Shown one piece after another: positions 1 through 8,758 of a stretch of 64,000 bases of DNA; position 1 is the first letter of the stretch, and every line of letters begins with the position of its first letter. Both the position numbers and the translations under genes were made by a program. Below the pieces are notes generated by a model that was not told the DNA's origin, made no database searches, and saw nothing but the letters and a program-made list of their open reading frames with translations. Source of the stretch: an uncultured virus (IMG/VR IMGVR_UViG_3300034073_003178) (Duplodnaviria; Heunggongvirae; Uroviricota; Caudoviricetes). Where the stretch lies: positions 1 to 64,000 of IMG/VR virus record IMGVR_UViG_3300034073_003178. One strand, 5' to 3'.

Positions 1-318
1 ATCGTCAATTCTAACGAAATCGTTTTCAAATAGGTGAATACCTTTAGGCAGGTTCTCTTTAAGAACATCCCAAGTTCCTTCGTAATTATATCCGTATGCT
101 TCGTGATTTCCCGTAACATACAATACTTGGTCAAAGTTGTCGGCACACTTCGTTAGAAAGTCTTGATAGACCTTGCGGAGGGCACCATCTTTCTTGAAAT
201 GACGAGCACAGAGAATGTCCCCACCCAGAATGAGAACATCACCTTCTCCCAAGTCAGGAACTCCGTGCCCCTGTTCGCAACACTCAAGGTGTAGGTCTGA
301 TACTACTTTGACTTTCAT
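1..318 (-). CDS. Calcineurin-like metallophosphoesterase, 3' end outside the window
   Basis: Not in the ORF track. Manual translation from ATG at 318 gives MKVKVVSDLHLECC...LILGGDIL...VLYVTGNHEAY, with the DxH, GD and GNHE metallophosphoesterase motifs. Confidence 0.85.
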   Translation of the reverse strand, partial: MKVKVVSDLHLECCEQGHGVPDLGEGDVLILGGDILCARHFKKDGALRKVYQDFLTKCADNFDQVLYVTGNHEAYGYNYEGTWDVLKENLPKGIHLFENDFVRIDD

Positions 319-454
319 TAATCTCTTTGATTTTTACAATCTTATTATACAGCAGCTTGGCGAAGATTTGGTGAGGTGGTGTGCCACTTTCTAGACTGGA
401 ATTCGTAGCAATATCCCACATTATATTCAGTTTTTCATCGTTTAAAACATTCAT
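284..454 (-). CDS. Small hypothetical protein (about 56 aa)
   Basis: ORF track 284..472. The likely start is ATG at 454, which overlaps the RlpA-like stop (ATGA). Confidence 0.5.
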   Translation of the reverse strand: MNVLNDEKLNIMWDIATNSSLESGTPPHQIFAKLLYNKIVKIKEINESQSSIRPTP

Positions 455-765
455 CCGACCACTCGGTAGCAAACAGTAGTGCTTCCTCTACGAGTAGAAG
501 CAATATGTGCAAAGGCAGCATAAGAAAGATCAATGCTTGCGTGAGAATAAGGGCCCCTATCATTTACCCGAACAATTACCTGCTTTCCGTTTTCCTGATT
601 GGTCACACGAAGTTTGGTTCCCATTGGAAGAGTAGGATGAGCAGCAGTCCAGCGATAAGCATCAAATTGCTCACCATTTGCAGTGATTTGTCCATGAAGA
701 CCGTCACCAACTCCGTAGAAAGTAGCGACACCACAAGCAAGACCAGCAACAATCGTTTCAACCAT
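451..765 (-). CDS. rlpA: RlpA-like double-psi beta-barrel protein (septal lytic transglycosylase family)
   Basis: Motifs TANGEQFD, TAAHPTLPMGT, VRVNDRGPY and IDLSYAAF are typical of RlpA/DPBB_1. Confidence 0.88.
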   Translation of the reverse strand: MVETIVAGLACGVATFYGVGDGLHGQITANGEQFDAYRWTAAHPTLPMGTKLRVTNQENGKQVIVRVNDRGPYSHASIDLSYAAFAHIASTRRGSTTVCYRVVG

Positions 766-771
766 TTTGAA

Positions 772-972
772 TCACTCCTGATATTCTTTCATTACATTTA
801 GACAAACTTTAAATTGTTCCCATTCCTTATCTGAGAAATTATCGCTCGCATAAGGAATGCCAACCATATCGGCACAGACCCTATTAATGTTAATTCGGTA
901 GATTTCTTGTGCTGATACTGGAGTTACACCCAGAGTAATGAGTGACAGTAAAATAAGATTTTTAAATTTCAT
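772..972 (-). CDS. Hypothetical protein with signal-peptide-like N-terminus
   Basis: MKFKNLILLSLITLGVTPVSAQ resembles a Sec signal; packed tightly between neighbours. Confidence 0.65.
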   Translation of the reverse strand: MKFKNLILLSLITLGVTPVSAQEIYRININRVCADMVGIPYASDNFSDKEWEQFKVCLNVMKEYQE

Positions 973-974
973 AA

Positions 975-1190
975 TTAGTTTTCAACTTTCCAATGTTCGT
1001 TGCCATTTTTCTGAACCCAAAAAGAATACTCTTTGTTCAATGAAACAAGAAAGATCATGTTTCCTGTTTCTTTAATGACTTCGCAAGCATGAAACCGATT
1101 CATAAAATGAATGAATCTATCATTTGCGATTTTACTCAAGGGAGTAACATTTACGAATTTCTTTTTGGGTTTGATCATGTTTCGTTTCAT
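975..1190 (-). CDS. Hypothetical protein
   Basis: 71-aa ORF directly downstream of a promoter-like TGCTATAAT. Confidence 0.65.
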   Translation of the reverse strand: MKRNMIKPKKKFVNVTPLSKIANDRFIHFMNRFHACEVIKETGNMIFLVSLNKEYSFWVQKNGNEHWKVEN

Positions 1191-1198
1191 ACCTTTGT

Positions 1199-1227
1199 AT
1201 TATAGCAGGTCAAAGAAAATTATCCAA
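1199..1227 (-). promoter_or_regulatory. Sigma70-like promoter
   Basis: Minus strand reads TTGGAT-N17-TATAAT with an extended -10 (TGC TATAAT), just upstream of the ATG at 1190. Confidence 0.55.
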
Positions 1228-1402
1228 GGAACTTTGTGACACCTTGCTGACTGTCCTCACGATGCTTTTTGATAAAAGTGTTTGCTTGGCGAACGGTGCT
1301 CACATCCTCTAGTTGCTTTCCATCAAAAATAATCACAAGTCTTTTTCCCCATGGAACAACCGCATATCCATCGGGAGTTTCAAATCCTTCAGTTTTGCTC
1401 AC
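1220..1402 (-). CDS. Hypothetical protein
   Basis: 60-aa ORF that overlaps the end of the upstream gene, in operon-like packing. Confidence 0.65.
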   Translation of the reverse strand: MSKTEGFETPDGYAVVPWGKRLVIIFDGKQLEDVSTVRQANTFIKKHREDSQQGVTKFLG

Positions 1403-1976
1403 AATAGTACTCCAAATCTTCTTTGTATCGCTTGAGAATCATTACACAGACTTCATTGAAGTATTCCATGTTTTCTTGCAGTTGTTCCTCAGAACTATCA
1501 AAATTATTGGTGAGTAGTTCAATGGTTCTTTGAGAAGGAATATCTGCAAAGAGTAGAGTCAGTCCAGCGACAATATAGGATGCAGTATGATGCCCAGGAG
1601 AAATATCTGGCATCGTAATAATCTCTTCAAATGGTTTCGGTTCAATCTCCTCATATCCAGGAAGATTATCGCCATACCAAGAGATTGCACCAAGTCCACA
1701 CATGTAAACGCAATCTTTGATCAGATAGTCCTGTGCCTCCATGGACATTCGGGCAACATCCTCCTTCTTGGGAAGTTCACCCTTTCGGAGTGCTTCAACA
1801 ACTTCATCTGGTGTCTCGTCAAATTCACAATCCTCATGGAGAATATTCGCTAGGTCGTGCCTCTTCAAAAGGCACTCCAGATACTCCATCGTAAATTCAG
1901 TGGTCTCTTCAGTTTCTTGTTTAATTTCGGCAATCCGAGACTGAAGTGCCTTAATGTCAAATTTGTCTTCCATCAT
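1389..1976 (-). CDS. Acidic hypothetical protein
   Basis: 195-aa ORF; ATGA overlap with the upstream gene. Confidence 0.75.
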   Translation of the reverse strand: MMEDKFDIKALQSRIAEIKQETEETTEFTMEYLECLLKRHDLANILHEDCEFDETPDEVVEALRKGELPKKEDVARMSMEAQDYLIKDCVYMCGLGAISWYGDNLPGYEEIEPKPFEEIITMPDISPGHHTASYIVAGLTLLFADIPSQRTIELLTNNFDSSEEQLQENMEYFNEVCVMILKRYKEDLEYYCEQN

Positions 1977-2542
1977 TCAGTAAGAAATTGTTTTTCGTAG
2001 TCTAAGAGTTCTTTTGGGGTTTGAAGGTAGTTGCTCACGGGGTCTGCTGGTTTCTGATGCCAGTTTCTTCCATAGTTTCGTTTTACCAACTGAATATCTA
2101 GGTGTTGGTATTTTTTATCAGTTGGTACATATATCTTGAAGTTTCCCTTTTGATTTGAAGTCAAAAGAGAAAGTGCCCGATTTTCTTCTGGAGTAATGTC
2201 AATGGTACTACAGGAAATATAAAAGAGTTTTTTGAACTTTTCATAGTCCTCCAGATAAATGTCAGCATGATCCATGATCATTCTACCAATAAACTGAGGA
2301 GAATAGCAATGATCTCTACATAAGATCCAATTACTATCCTTTTGTTTTTCTTGAAGGGCTTTGATTGTAATGTACCCTGTAGGAATGGAGAGTGAATGAA
2401 CTAGATCATAATAAGGTCTGGTGACACCACGAAGAACATCCTTGTCATTTGGTCTTGATCTCCATAAATCCAGATTTGCCTTCATGGAATTGAAGGCAAT
2501 CAGGCAATAAGTATCAATGCGATATTGAGTTGTAAGTTTCAT
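1973..2542 (-). CDS. Hypothetical protein
   Basis: 189-aa ORF starting 3 nt after the helicase stop. A DH motif (CRDHCYSP) and ITPEENR weakly recall HNH-like folds. Confidence 0.75.
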   Translation of the reverse strand: MKLTTQYRIDTYCLIAFNSMKANLDLWRSRPNDKDVLRGVTRPYYDLVHSLSIPTGYITIKALQEKQKDSNWILCRDHCYSPQFIGRMIMDHADIYLEDYEKFKKLFYISCSTIDITPEENRALSLLTSNQKGNFKIYVPTDKKYQHLDIQLVKRNYGRNWHQKPADPVSNYLQTPKELLDYEKQFLTE

Positions 2543-2545
2543 AGA

Positions 2546-3781
2546 TTACTTTTTAATAACATCGGCAACAAAGTTACCCTTGACAAACACCTCGTCAATG
2601 ACATTCTGAACACGACGAGCAGTTGCAATGCCAACCTTGTTATTGTACACGGGAATGACCACTTTGCCAAATTGCTTTTGGTAATTGGCAAAGTCTCCAG
2701 GTTGAAGTTCGCCAGACTTCATGCGAGCAGTGTCCTCAGGATGAACCCGAATGCACCGACCAATGCTCTGAACAGTGGAAATGAAGTTCTGTTGGCGAAG
2801 GAAGATGCAGGACTGAATGCCAGGAACACTGATACCCTCGGTCAGAATGCCAATATGCAGAACGACAAACTTACGATCTGCATCAGCACCATAATTCGCA
2901 AGAGTATCCAGAAACTCACTACGAGAAACCCTACGCTGATTGATGAAAGCACCATACTTAGAAGTAATGTGCAGTACATCATAACCATTCTCGTTCATTT
3001 CTTCCATGAAGGAAGTTTGAGACAGCATGTTCATCATGACTTTGGTGTTGGGAGCAACCACCAAAACCTTGTCCATGTCATCTTCATTGAAAATAGTATC
3101 ACACAGAGTAAAGAAGTCACGCTCATGAGCATTCTCCTTGTCACGGGAAGAACCAACTTCCATCACAGAAGTCACAGGAGGAAGAATACTACCATTCTTC
3201 AGCAGTTCAGGTGCCTTGACATTGTGAATCTTAGAACCAAACACTTCCGAGTTGTTGTTACCGGGTTTGGAGATCACATTACTAAACTTAGGAGTAGCAG
3301 TCAAAGAATAGAAGTTCTTTGCAGTCTTGCTGATCTGCTCCACAGCATCAAAGAACTTTTTATTGACAGCATTGTGACACTCATCAAGATACACAGTATC
3401 TAGATCAAGTTCTGCCTTGACAATTTTATCCAGAGAATGATAGGTGCTGAAGATCAGTTTGTTACCCTGATGCTTCTCACACCAGTAAGAAAGTTCAAGA
3501 AAATCAGTGGTACGGAAATGATCCGTGTCACCACTATGCACATGGGCAATGGAAACATCACTGATGAACTTCTCAAACTCTTCGCTCAGTTGTTGAGCAA
3601 GAAGAATCTTAGGAGCAACCACAAGAATGGTCTTACTACTTTCACCTTCGGTGAAACGATGCTTCGCATCGGAAATCATCATGATGCTCTTGCCTGCACT
3701 CGTAGGAGCAACAGTCAGCATCCTGGAGTGCTGACGCATCAGGGAGAAAACTTCTTCTTGGTGGGGACGGAGTTGAATCAT
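2546..3781 (-). CDS. Superfamily 2 DExH helicase (ResIII-like)
   Basis: Q motif LRPHQ, Walker A APTSAGKS, DECH, TAT, ILTEGISVP and QSIGRCIR. Confidence 0.9.
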   Translation of the reverse strand: MIQLRPHQEEVFSLMRQHSRMLTVAPTSAGKSIMMISDAKHRFTEGESSKTILVVAPKILLAQQLSEEFEKFISDVSIAHVHSGDTDHFRTTDFLELSYWCEKHQGNKLIFSTYHSLDKIVKAELDLDTVYLDECHNAVNKKFFDAVEQISKTAKNFYSLTATPKFSNVISKPGNNNSEVFGSKIHNVKAPELLKNGSILPPVTSVMEVGSSRDKENAHERDFFTLCDTIFNEDDMDKVLVVAPNTKVMMNMLSQTSFMEEMNENGYDVLHITSKYGAFINQRRVSRSEFLDTLANYGADADRKFVVLHIGILTEGISVPGIQSCIFLRQQNFISTVQSIGRCIRVHPEDTARMKSGELQPGDFANYQKQFGKVVIPVYNNKVGIATARRVQNVIDEVFVKGNFVADVIKK

Positions 3782-3803
3782 TGACCTCGTTGTGTATGGA
3801 AAT

Positions 3804-3860
3804 ATTATAGTGCATGAAAAGACCTCATGGAGATCTCAGTGGACAGTTCTGAAAGTGTCC
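3804..3860 (-). promoter_or_regulatory. Early-type promoter: palindromic GGACA..TGTCC box plus TATAAT
   Basis: Minus strand GGACACTTTCAGAACTGTCCAC (3839-3860), then 29 nt, then TATAAT (3804-3809), upstream of the helicase. Confidence 0.7.
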
Positions 3861-3905
3861 TGATCTCTATGAGGCCTCAATCCCATCTTCAAAGGGGACA
3901 AACCT

Positions 3906-3935
3906 ATTATAGTCAGATTCTTATGGGTGTGTCAA
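3906..3935 (-). promoter_or_regulatory. Consensus sigma70 promoter
   Basis: TTGACA (3930-3935), 18-nt spacer, TATAAT (3906-3911) on the minus strand. Confidence 0.7.
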
Positions 3936-4352
3936 GTTCTTATCTTTTAGATACTCCTGGTAAAGAATCTTTTCATTCCAATAAGCAAAGATCTCATGAG
4001 GTTGTTGCCAATACTCAAGATCTTCAATACATTCTCCTTTAAAGTATCTTTTAGAAGATTTGATTCTAAGTTCACCAGTAACAAATTGCAGAACATGATA
4101 CAGTTCATGAATCAAAGTTCTTACATAGGTTTTCTTATCCATATGAGTATGGAGTTCAATTAGAAAACATCGGGGATTATAGGTTTCTCCAATTATGTCA
4201 CACCAACCAAGAGCTTTTTCTCGTTTGAGACCACGATGAACAATCTCAAGGTCAAGTTTATACCGAGCAAGATGCTTAGATACAAACCAACAAACTACAT
4301 CTTCACATAGTTTCTTGGAATATCCATATCCAGTGGTTTCTAGAAGAATCAT
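3921..4352 (-). CDS. Putative zinc metallopeptidase-like protein (HExxH)
   Basis: TLIHELYHVLQ motif followed by a downstream PHEIFA glutamate. Confidence 0.7.
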   Translation of the reverse strand: MILLETTGYGYSKKLCEDVVCWFVSKHLARYKLDLEIVHRGLKREKALGWCDIIGETYNPRCFLIELHTHMDKKTYVRTLIHELYHVLQFVTGELRIKSSKRYFKGECIEDLEYWQQPHEIFAYWNEKILYQEYLKDKNLTHP

Positions 4353-4453
4353 TGAAAGTAATTCAAAACGACATTGAAAAGACGAACACCCCAGTTCATA
4401 AGAACCATGAAAGATGCCATGAAAACCAGTTTATCAAGCGTTGAATAGGACAT
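4349..4453 (-). CDS. Small membrane protein (34 aa)
   Basis: Manual translation MSYSTLDKLVFMASFMVLMNWGVRLFNVVLNYFQ. It follows a promoter and its stop overlaps the next ATG (ATGA). Confidence 0.65.
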   Translation of the reverse strand: MSYSTLDKLVFMASFMVLMNWGVRLFNVVLNYFQ

Positions 4454-4476
4454 GAATGCTCTTAGGGTACTCAGAT

Positions 4477-4533
4477 ACTATAAAACCCTACAAGGGGTCT
4501 TGTAGGGTCTTGTGGACGGTTCTCAGAGTGTCC
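4477..4533 (-). promoter_or_regulatory. Early-type promoter: palindromic GGACA..CGTCC box plus TATAGT
   Basis: Minus strand GGACACTCTGAGAACCGTCCAC (4512-4533), then 29 nt, then TATAGT (4477-4482). Same spacing as the copy at 3804-3860. Confidence 0.7.
4481..4508 (-). terminator. Probable intrinsic terminator of the glycan island
   Basis: Perfect 10-bp stem ACCCTACAAG-ACCC-CTTGTAGGGT followed by TTTA, about 30 nt after the stop of 4536..7631. Confidence 0.5.
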
Positions 4534-4535
4534 TA

Positions 4536-7500
4536 TCAGTATCCATCTTCTGCCCAACACTCTCCATATCCATTCTTCTGATCATCATATGGATAGTTTA
4601 ACCAACCTTTTCTTGTCCACTCAAGATCAATTCCATATCTTGGGAAAGATTTAAATGCTCTTTTTATAACATTTTGACTGATCTGATGTGAGTGATTCCA
4701 TTCTGGACAATTATCATAGAGATATTTTTCTGGATCAAGAATCATGAGATTAATTCTCTCATCAAATTTACTACAATATCTTGAACCAATGTAAGTTTCA
4801 GTCCTTGCGAAGAATGGGTAATACTTATGAAGATTTTCTTTTGTAACCTTAATCTTATCAATAAGACCACCAAACTCAAGAGGAATATCAAACAATTCTT
4901 TCAGATCGCAAGTTCTTCCCCAGAAGATGTGATCTCTTGGATGGAACAGTAGATTTGGATAAATTCCTGCTACGAAAATTTGATCCTCATATTCTCTACG
5001 ATTCATCATGTAATCATACATCTTACACATGCTTTCAATAGAATATTTTTGATCAGTTCTCATTTTTGCAGAGTATTCTGTCTTTACGAAATTTAATCCG
5101 CTAAGAGAACCTACAATTTGTAGATTTCTATTATCAGTTCCTGGAGATGAAGGATATTCATTTCTTATGTATTTTACTCTAGTTGAATGATAAGAATTTG
5201 TCCTATCCATATTCCAACAAGAAACAATTACATTATTCACAAAAGGAATTTTCAAGTATTGATCAATAATTTCATTTGTATATTCATCATATCTTCCTTG
5301 AAGAACAATGTCCATCTTTCCAATTTCAGGAACAATTGTAAATGGTATATTATATTCTTCTTGAATTTTTTCTATAGAATCTAAACAATTTATTTCTTGA
5401 AGTTCTGAAGGTTGATTTTTATTTGAATCTAAAAGATCGGGAAAATATTTTTGAAGATTATCAAGAACTGAATTTTTATATTCTTCTGGCATTTGATAAT
5501 TTTCATATAAATCCTTAAGAAGTTTTCCAGACTCTTCATTTTTTCCCCACCACCATCCAGAAACTGCTTTTTCAAATAATAATCCAAAAGTTCCTGGGTA
5601 TCCTACATTAGTTCTTAATGGAGGAGAATTTAGATCTGCAAAATTTAATGCATTATCAGCATAAATGTAGCAGTCTTGCCAAGACTGTCTTTTTTCCGAA
5701 AAATTTGAAAGTAAAAAATATGCTTCTGGGCGAGTGGGAAGCAGACACAGCGCCTGCTGAAGTAGTCCTTTAGAAGATACATCTCTTGTTCCTTGCCTTT
5801 CATAGCAAATTGATCCGTGAATCAGTGCTTCATAGGCAAGAAGATCATCTGCTCTTTCTGCACATCTCAGAAAATAAGAAAGTGCTGGTGCTGTATGCCC
5901 TTCTCTTTCATACCAAAGACCAAGAGCAAAATTATACTCTGGATTTTCAGTATCTGCTGAGTATTGTGTAAGAAGATTTTCTAGTTCATTCTTTACTGTC
6001 ATTTCTTGCAATCCAAATAATTGATTTAATGAGGTATGTTGTGTTTTCCACCAATTAGATACGAAATCATAACTTTCCTTATGATATTCTTTATGACCAC
6101 CTTCAATTTGATTGAAGGTAGTTGATAAATGATTGTTTTCTACAAACAATTCTACTACATAAACTTTTCCAAGACCATAAAATAAAACATTTTCTGGCAT
6201 CGGGTAGAAATTTGTGCCAGGAATAGTCAAATCATATTCATCATCAAAAACATGCCTTTCTAAAACTTTTCTGGCATAATCCCGAGTCATTATATATGCA
6301 GTGACAGACCAATCATACATGGATCTTTCACGAAAATGAACTGATTCAAATGATGGACGAACAGTTGTTAACTGAACACATTCAGTATCATCTGGTAGTT
6401 TTTCAATAAATTGATTCCAAGTGAAATTCCAGTTTTCTACAGTCTCTAAACTTAGATCATCTTCACAAAAGAAAGCATAATCATCATCTTTCTTTTCATA
6501 CCATTTTTGAATTGCTTTTAGATGAGAAATTGTACATCCAATTGTTCCTCCGTCTAAAATATGTAACATTTCTCCTTTAACTTTATCATTACATTCAGCA
6601 AATCTTTTTGAAAGTATTGGAGTGATGTCATCTATTCCATACCTAGAGAATTGTTCATGTAATGATTTTTGCCTTTCCACACTTTCTTCTAAACTTACAT
6701 AATAAGAATATGGAAAATTTTCAAGATTATTTTTTATAGTATCTTCAATCATTGTACCTATAAAGTTTCTTTTCTTATCGCTTTTAATTATACTCCATTT
6801 AGTGCTATTATTTACATAATAATCTTTTACTTCACCAACCAATTCTTTATTAGCATTTGTATGAGATATTGCCATCACATAATCAGTTTGCCATTCAAGT
6901 TCAATGTTTTCATCAAACATTCCTGTTAGATTATTTTTAATAAGAACTCTATTTTCTTCGCTGTATCCTTCAAAGTTTTCTACTCTTTTTTGATCTTGGT
7001 GTGGTATATGAATTAAGAAATAGTCACAACTTATTTTTTTATGAGTTAGACCAAAAAGTTCCAATCTTTGATATAATTCATCATCTTCATATGAATAATG
7101 TTTTTTTAAATTTTCATTGTATCCACCAACCTTTATGAAATTTTCTTTTGTAATATACAAAAGACCAGTTAGATATTTGAAATATGGACTGTAAGAATTA
7201 CAATATTCTCTAATCTCATCAATATGCATTGTTGTAAAATCTAAAACATATGCATCTTGCTCTTCTGAATAGACTTCTGGACTTTGATAACTATTTTTTC
7301 CAGAAACAAAAGAATTATCATCTATAGTATACTTTTTAAAAAAATTATAATATGGATTGAGAATATAATCTGAATCAACTTTTAAGATATACTTATTTTT
7401 TGCAATACTTACTGCAAGATTTAAAGGTTGAGGTTGATTGAAATATTGTTGATTTTCTACTGTAATTACATTAATTCTTTCATCTAATTCTGTTAAATGA

Positions 7501-7631
7501 GAAATAGATTCATCAGATGACCAATCAACAATAATAATTTCAGATATTTCTTTAAAGGATAACCAAGAACTTAAGGATACGCGAAGTGCTTCATAGCGAT
7601 TTTTGCAAGCACAAATTAAAGATACACTCAT
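4536..7631 (-). CDS. Multidomain glycosyltransferase fusion: GT-A (GT2/GT7-like) + GT25-like + TPR + WavE-like
   Basis: N-terminal IIIVDWSS, KVDSD and GGYNE..YSYEDDE; central GCTISHLKAI, FCEDD and AYIMTR; TPR-like RPEAYFLL; C-terminal IVLQG..VIVSCW..NRNLQI..KMRTDQ..FHPRDHIFWG. Confidence 0.8.
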   Translation of the reverse strand: MSVSLICACKNRYEALRVSLSSWLSFKEISEIIIVDWSSDESISHLTELDERINVITVENQQYFNQPQPLNLAVSIAKNKYILKVDSDYILNPYYNFFKKYTIDDNSFVSGKNSYQSPEVYSEEQDAYVLDFTTMHIDEIREYCNSYSPYFKYLTGLLYITKENFIKVGGYNENLKKHYSYEDDELYQRLELFGLTHKKISCDYFLIHIPHQDQKRVENFEGYSEENRVLIKNNLTGMFDENIELEWQTDYVMAISHTNANKELVGEVKDYYVNNSTKWSIIKSDKKRNFIGTMIEDTIKNNLENFPYSYYVSLEESVERQKSLHEQFSRYGIDDITPILSKRFAECNDKVKGEMLHILDGGTIGCTISHLKAIQKWYEKKDDDYAFFCEDDLSLETVENWNFTWNQFIEKLPDDTECVQLTTVRPSFESVHFRERSMYDWSVTAYIMTRDYARKVLERHVFDDEYDLTIPGTNFYPMPENVLFYGLGKVYVVELFVENNHLSTTFNQIEGGHKEYHKESYDFVSNWWKTQHTSLNQLFGLQEMTVKNELENLLTQYSADTENPEYNFALGLWYEREGHTAPALSYFLRCAERADDLLAYEALIHGSICYERQGTRDVSSKGLLQQALCLLPTRPEAYFLLSNFSEKRQSWQDCYIYADNALNFADLNSPPLRTNVGYPGTFGLLFEKAVSGWWWGKNEESGKLLKDLYENYQMPEEYKNSVLDNLQKYFPDLLDSNKNQPSELQEINCLDSIEKIQEEYNIPFTIVPEIGKMDIVLQGRYDEYTNEIIDQYLKIPFVNNVIVSCWNMDRTNSYHSTRVKYIRNEYPSSPGTDNRNLQIVGSLSGLNFVKTEYSAKMRTDQKYSIESMCKMYDYMMNRREYEDQIFVAGIYPNLLFHPRDHIFWGRTCDLKELFDIPLEFGGLIDKIKVTKENLHKYYPFFARTETYIGSRYCSKFDERINLMILDPEKYLYDNCPEWNHSHQISQNVIKRAFKSFPRYGIDLEWTRKGWLNYPYDDQKNGYGECWAEDGY

Positions 7632-7646
7632 AATGAATAATCTATT

Positions 7647-8276
7647 TTATTTTTTCCAGGCAAAACCAATTCCCCAATCTTCAGGGCAGTTGACCTCAAT
7701 ATTCCACTTTGTTTTATCTAAAGAATTTATAAAATTATAAGGCCCAGGATGGCATGAAACATCATGAAATCCTACTATGCCATCATCAGAAAGAAGGTTT
7801 GTATATTCCCAATCTCTTAGTACTTGGTTGATACTATGCCATCCATCAATAAAAATAAAATCAAATTTTTCTACACCCAATTCTTTAAACTTTAAAACAT
7901 TTTCTTGATAGTTTGAACTATCATTTACTATGGTGTAAATATTTTTTTCCGAATCATTTAAAAATGATCTATCTTCAACATCTAGACCAATGTAAAAAGT
8001 TTCTTGTTTTTTACTGTTGAAGAATACATATGCAAACGATTCCTCAGCATTTCTTCCTATACCAATTTCAAGAATAGATTTTGCATTTTCTCTAACTTTC
8101 ATAAACTGTTGCAAAAGAGCAAATCTATTGCAATAGGTAACTTCTTTTGGATAGATTGCTTCACCATATTCATTAAAAGTATGACCATATCCAAGAGGAT
8201 GTGGAACACCACCATCAGCATCATCAAAATCAGTTCCAGTTCTAATATCTCTAATTAAATCAGTTTCCCACTTCAT
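7647..8276 (-). CDS. Class I SAM-dependent methyltransferase (Methyltransf_24-like)
   Basis: ILEIGIG, FDFIFIDGWHS and GIVGFHD motifs. Confidence 0.8.
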   Translation of the reverse strand: MKWETDLIRDIRTGTDFDDADGGVPHPLGYGHTFNEYGEAIYPKEVTYCNRFALLQQFMKVRENAKSILEIGIGRNAEESFAYVFFNSKKQETFYIGLDVEDRSFLNDSEKNIYTIVNDSSNYQENVLKFKELGVEKFDFIFIDGWHSINQVLRDWEYTNLLSDDGIVGFHDVSCHPGPYNFINSLDKTKWNIEVNCPEDWGIGFAWKK

Positions 8277-8279
8277 TGT

Positions 8280-8750
8280 TCAACTCCAATTGTTCTTATA
8301 AAATAATGGTTTGTCTGTGCAGATGCCATAACTTCTTTCTATATATTCTGGATTTGAAAGGTATAAATCAGTATTTTCTGGTAAAACAATAACTGATTTA
8401 GAAAAGGGAATTTCCCCCACCAAAACCCATCCAATTCCTTTACTAGTCAAAGTATATTTGTCTACATCATGCCAAAAATAATGAAAATTTATTGGAGCAC
8501 TTGATAATTTTTCAAGTGCTTCTCTATTTTTACAATGAATCCAAAGTACATCTTTATACTTTCTTAACCATTCCATAGTGATAAAATATTGGGGACGATC
8601 ATGCCCAAGATAGCATTGATCATCCCCAATAACCCATAAATCAATTTCAACATCAAATCCTTCAGAGATTGCTTCTTCAATATACTCAGTACTATTTTCT
8701 CTGAGTGGATTTGGTTCAGTTAAATTTCCCCGATGTGCAATAATTTTCAT
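8280..8750 (-). CDS. Short glycerophosphodiester phosphodiesterase (GDPD)/PI-PLC-like protein
   Basis: IIAHRGN, ENS, DVEIDLW, LGHD, WIHCKN and GICTD motifs. Confidence 0.8.
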   Translation of the reverse strand: MKIIAHRGNLTEPNPLRENSTEYIEEAISEGFDVEIDLWVIGDDQCYLGHDRPQYFITMEWLRKYKDVLWIHCKNREALEKLSSAPINFHYFWHDVDKYTLTSKGIGWVLVGEIPFSKSVIVLPENTDLYLSNPEYIERSYGICTDKPLFYKNNWS

Positions 8751-8758
8751 TTAAATAA

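Noticed and set aside
2525..3784. Plus-strand ORFs 2525..3403 and 3437..3784
   Set aside because: Antisense to a well-supported helicase, with no recognisable motifs.
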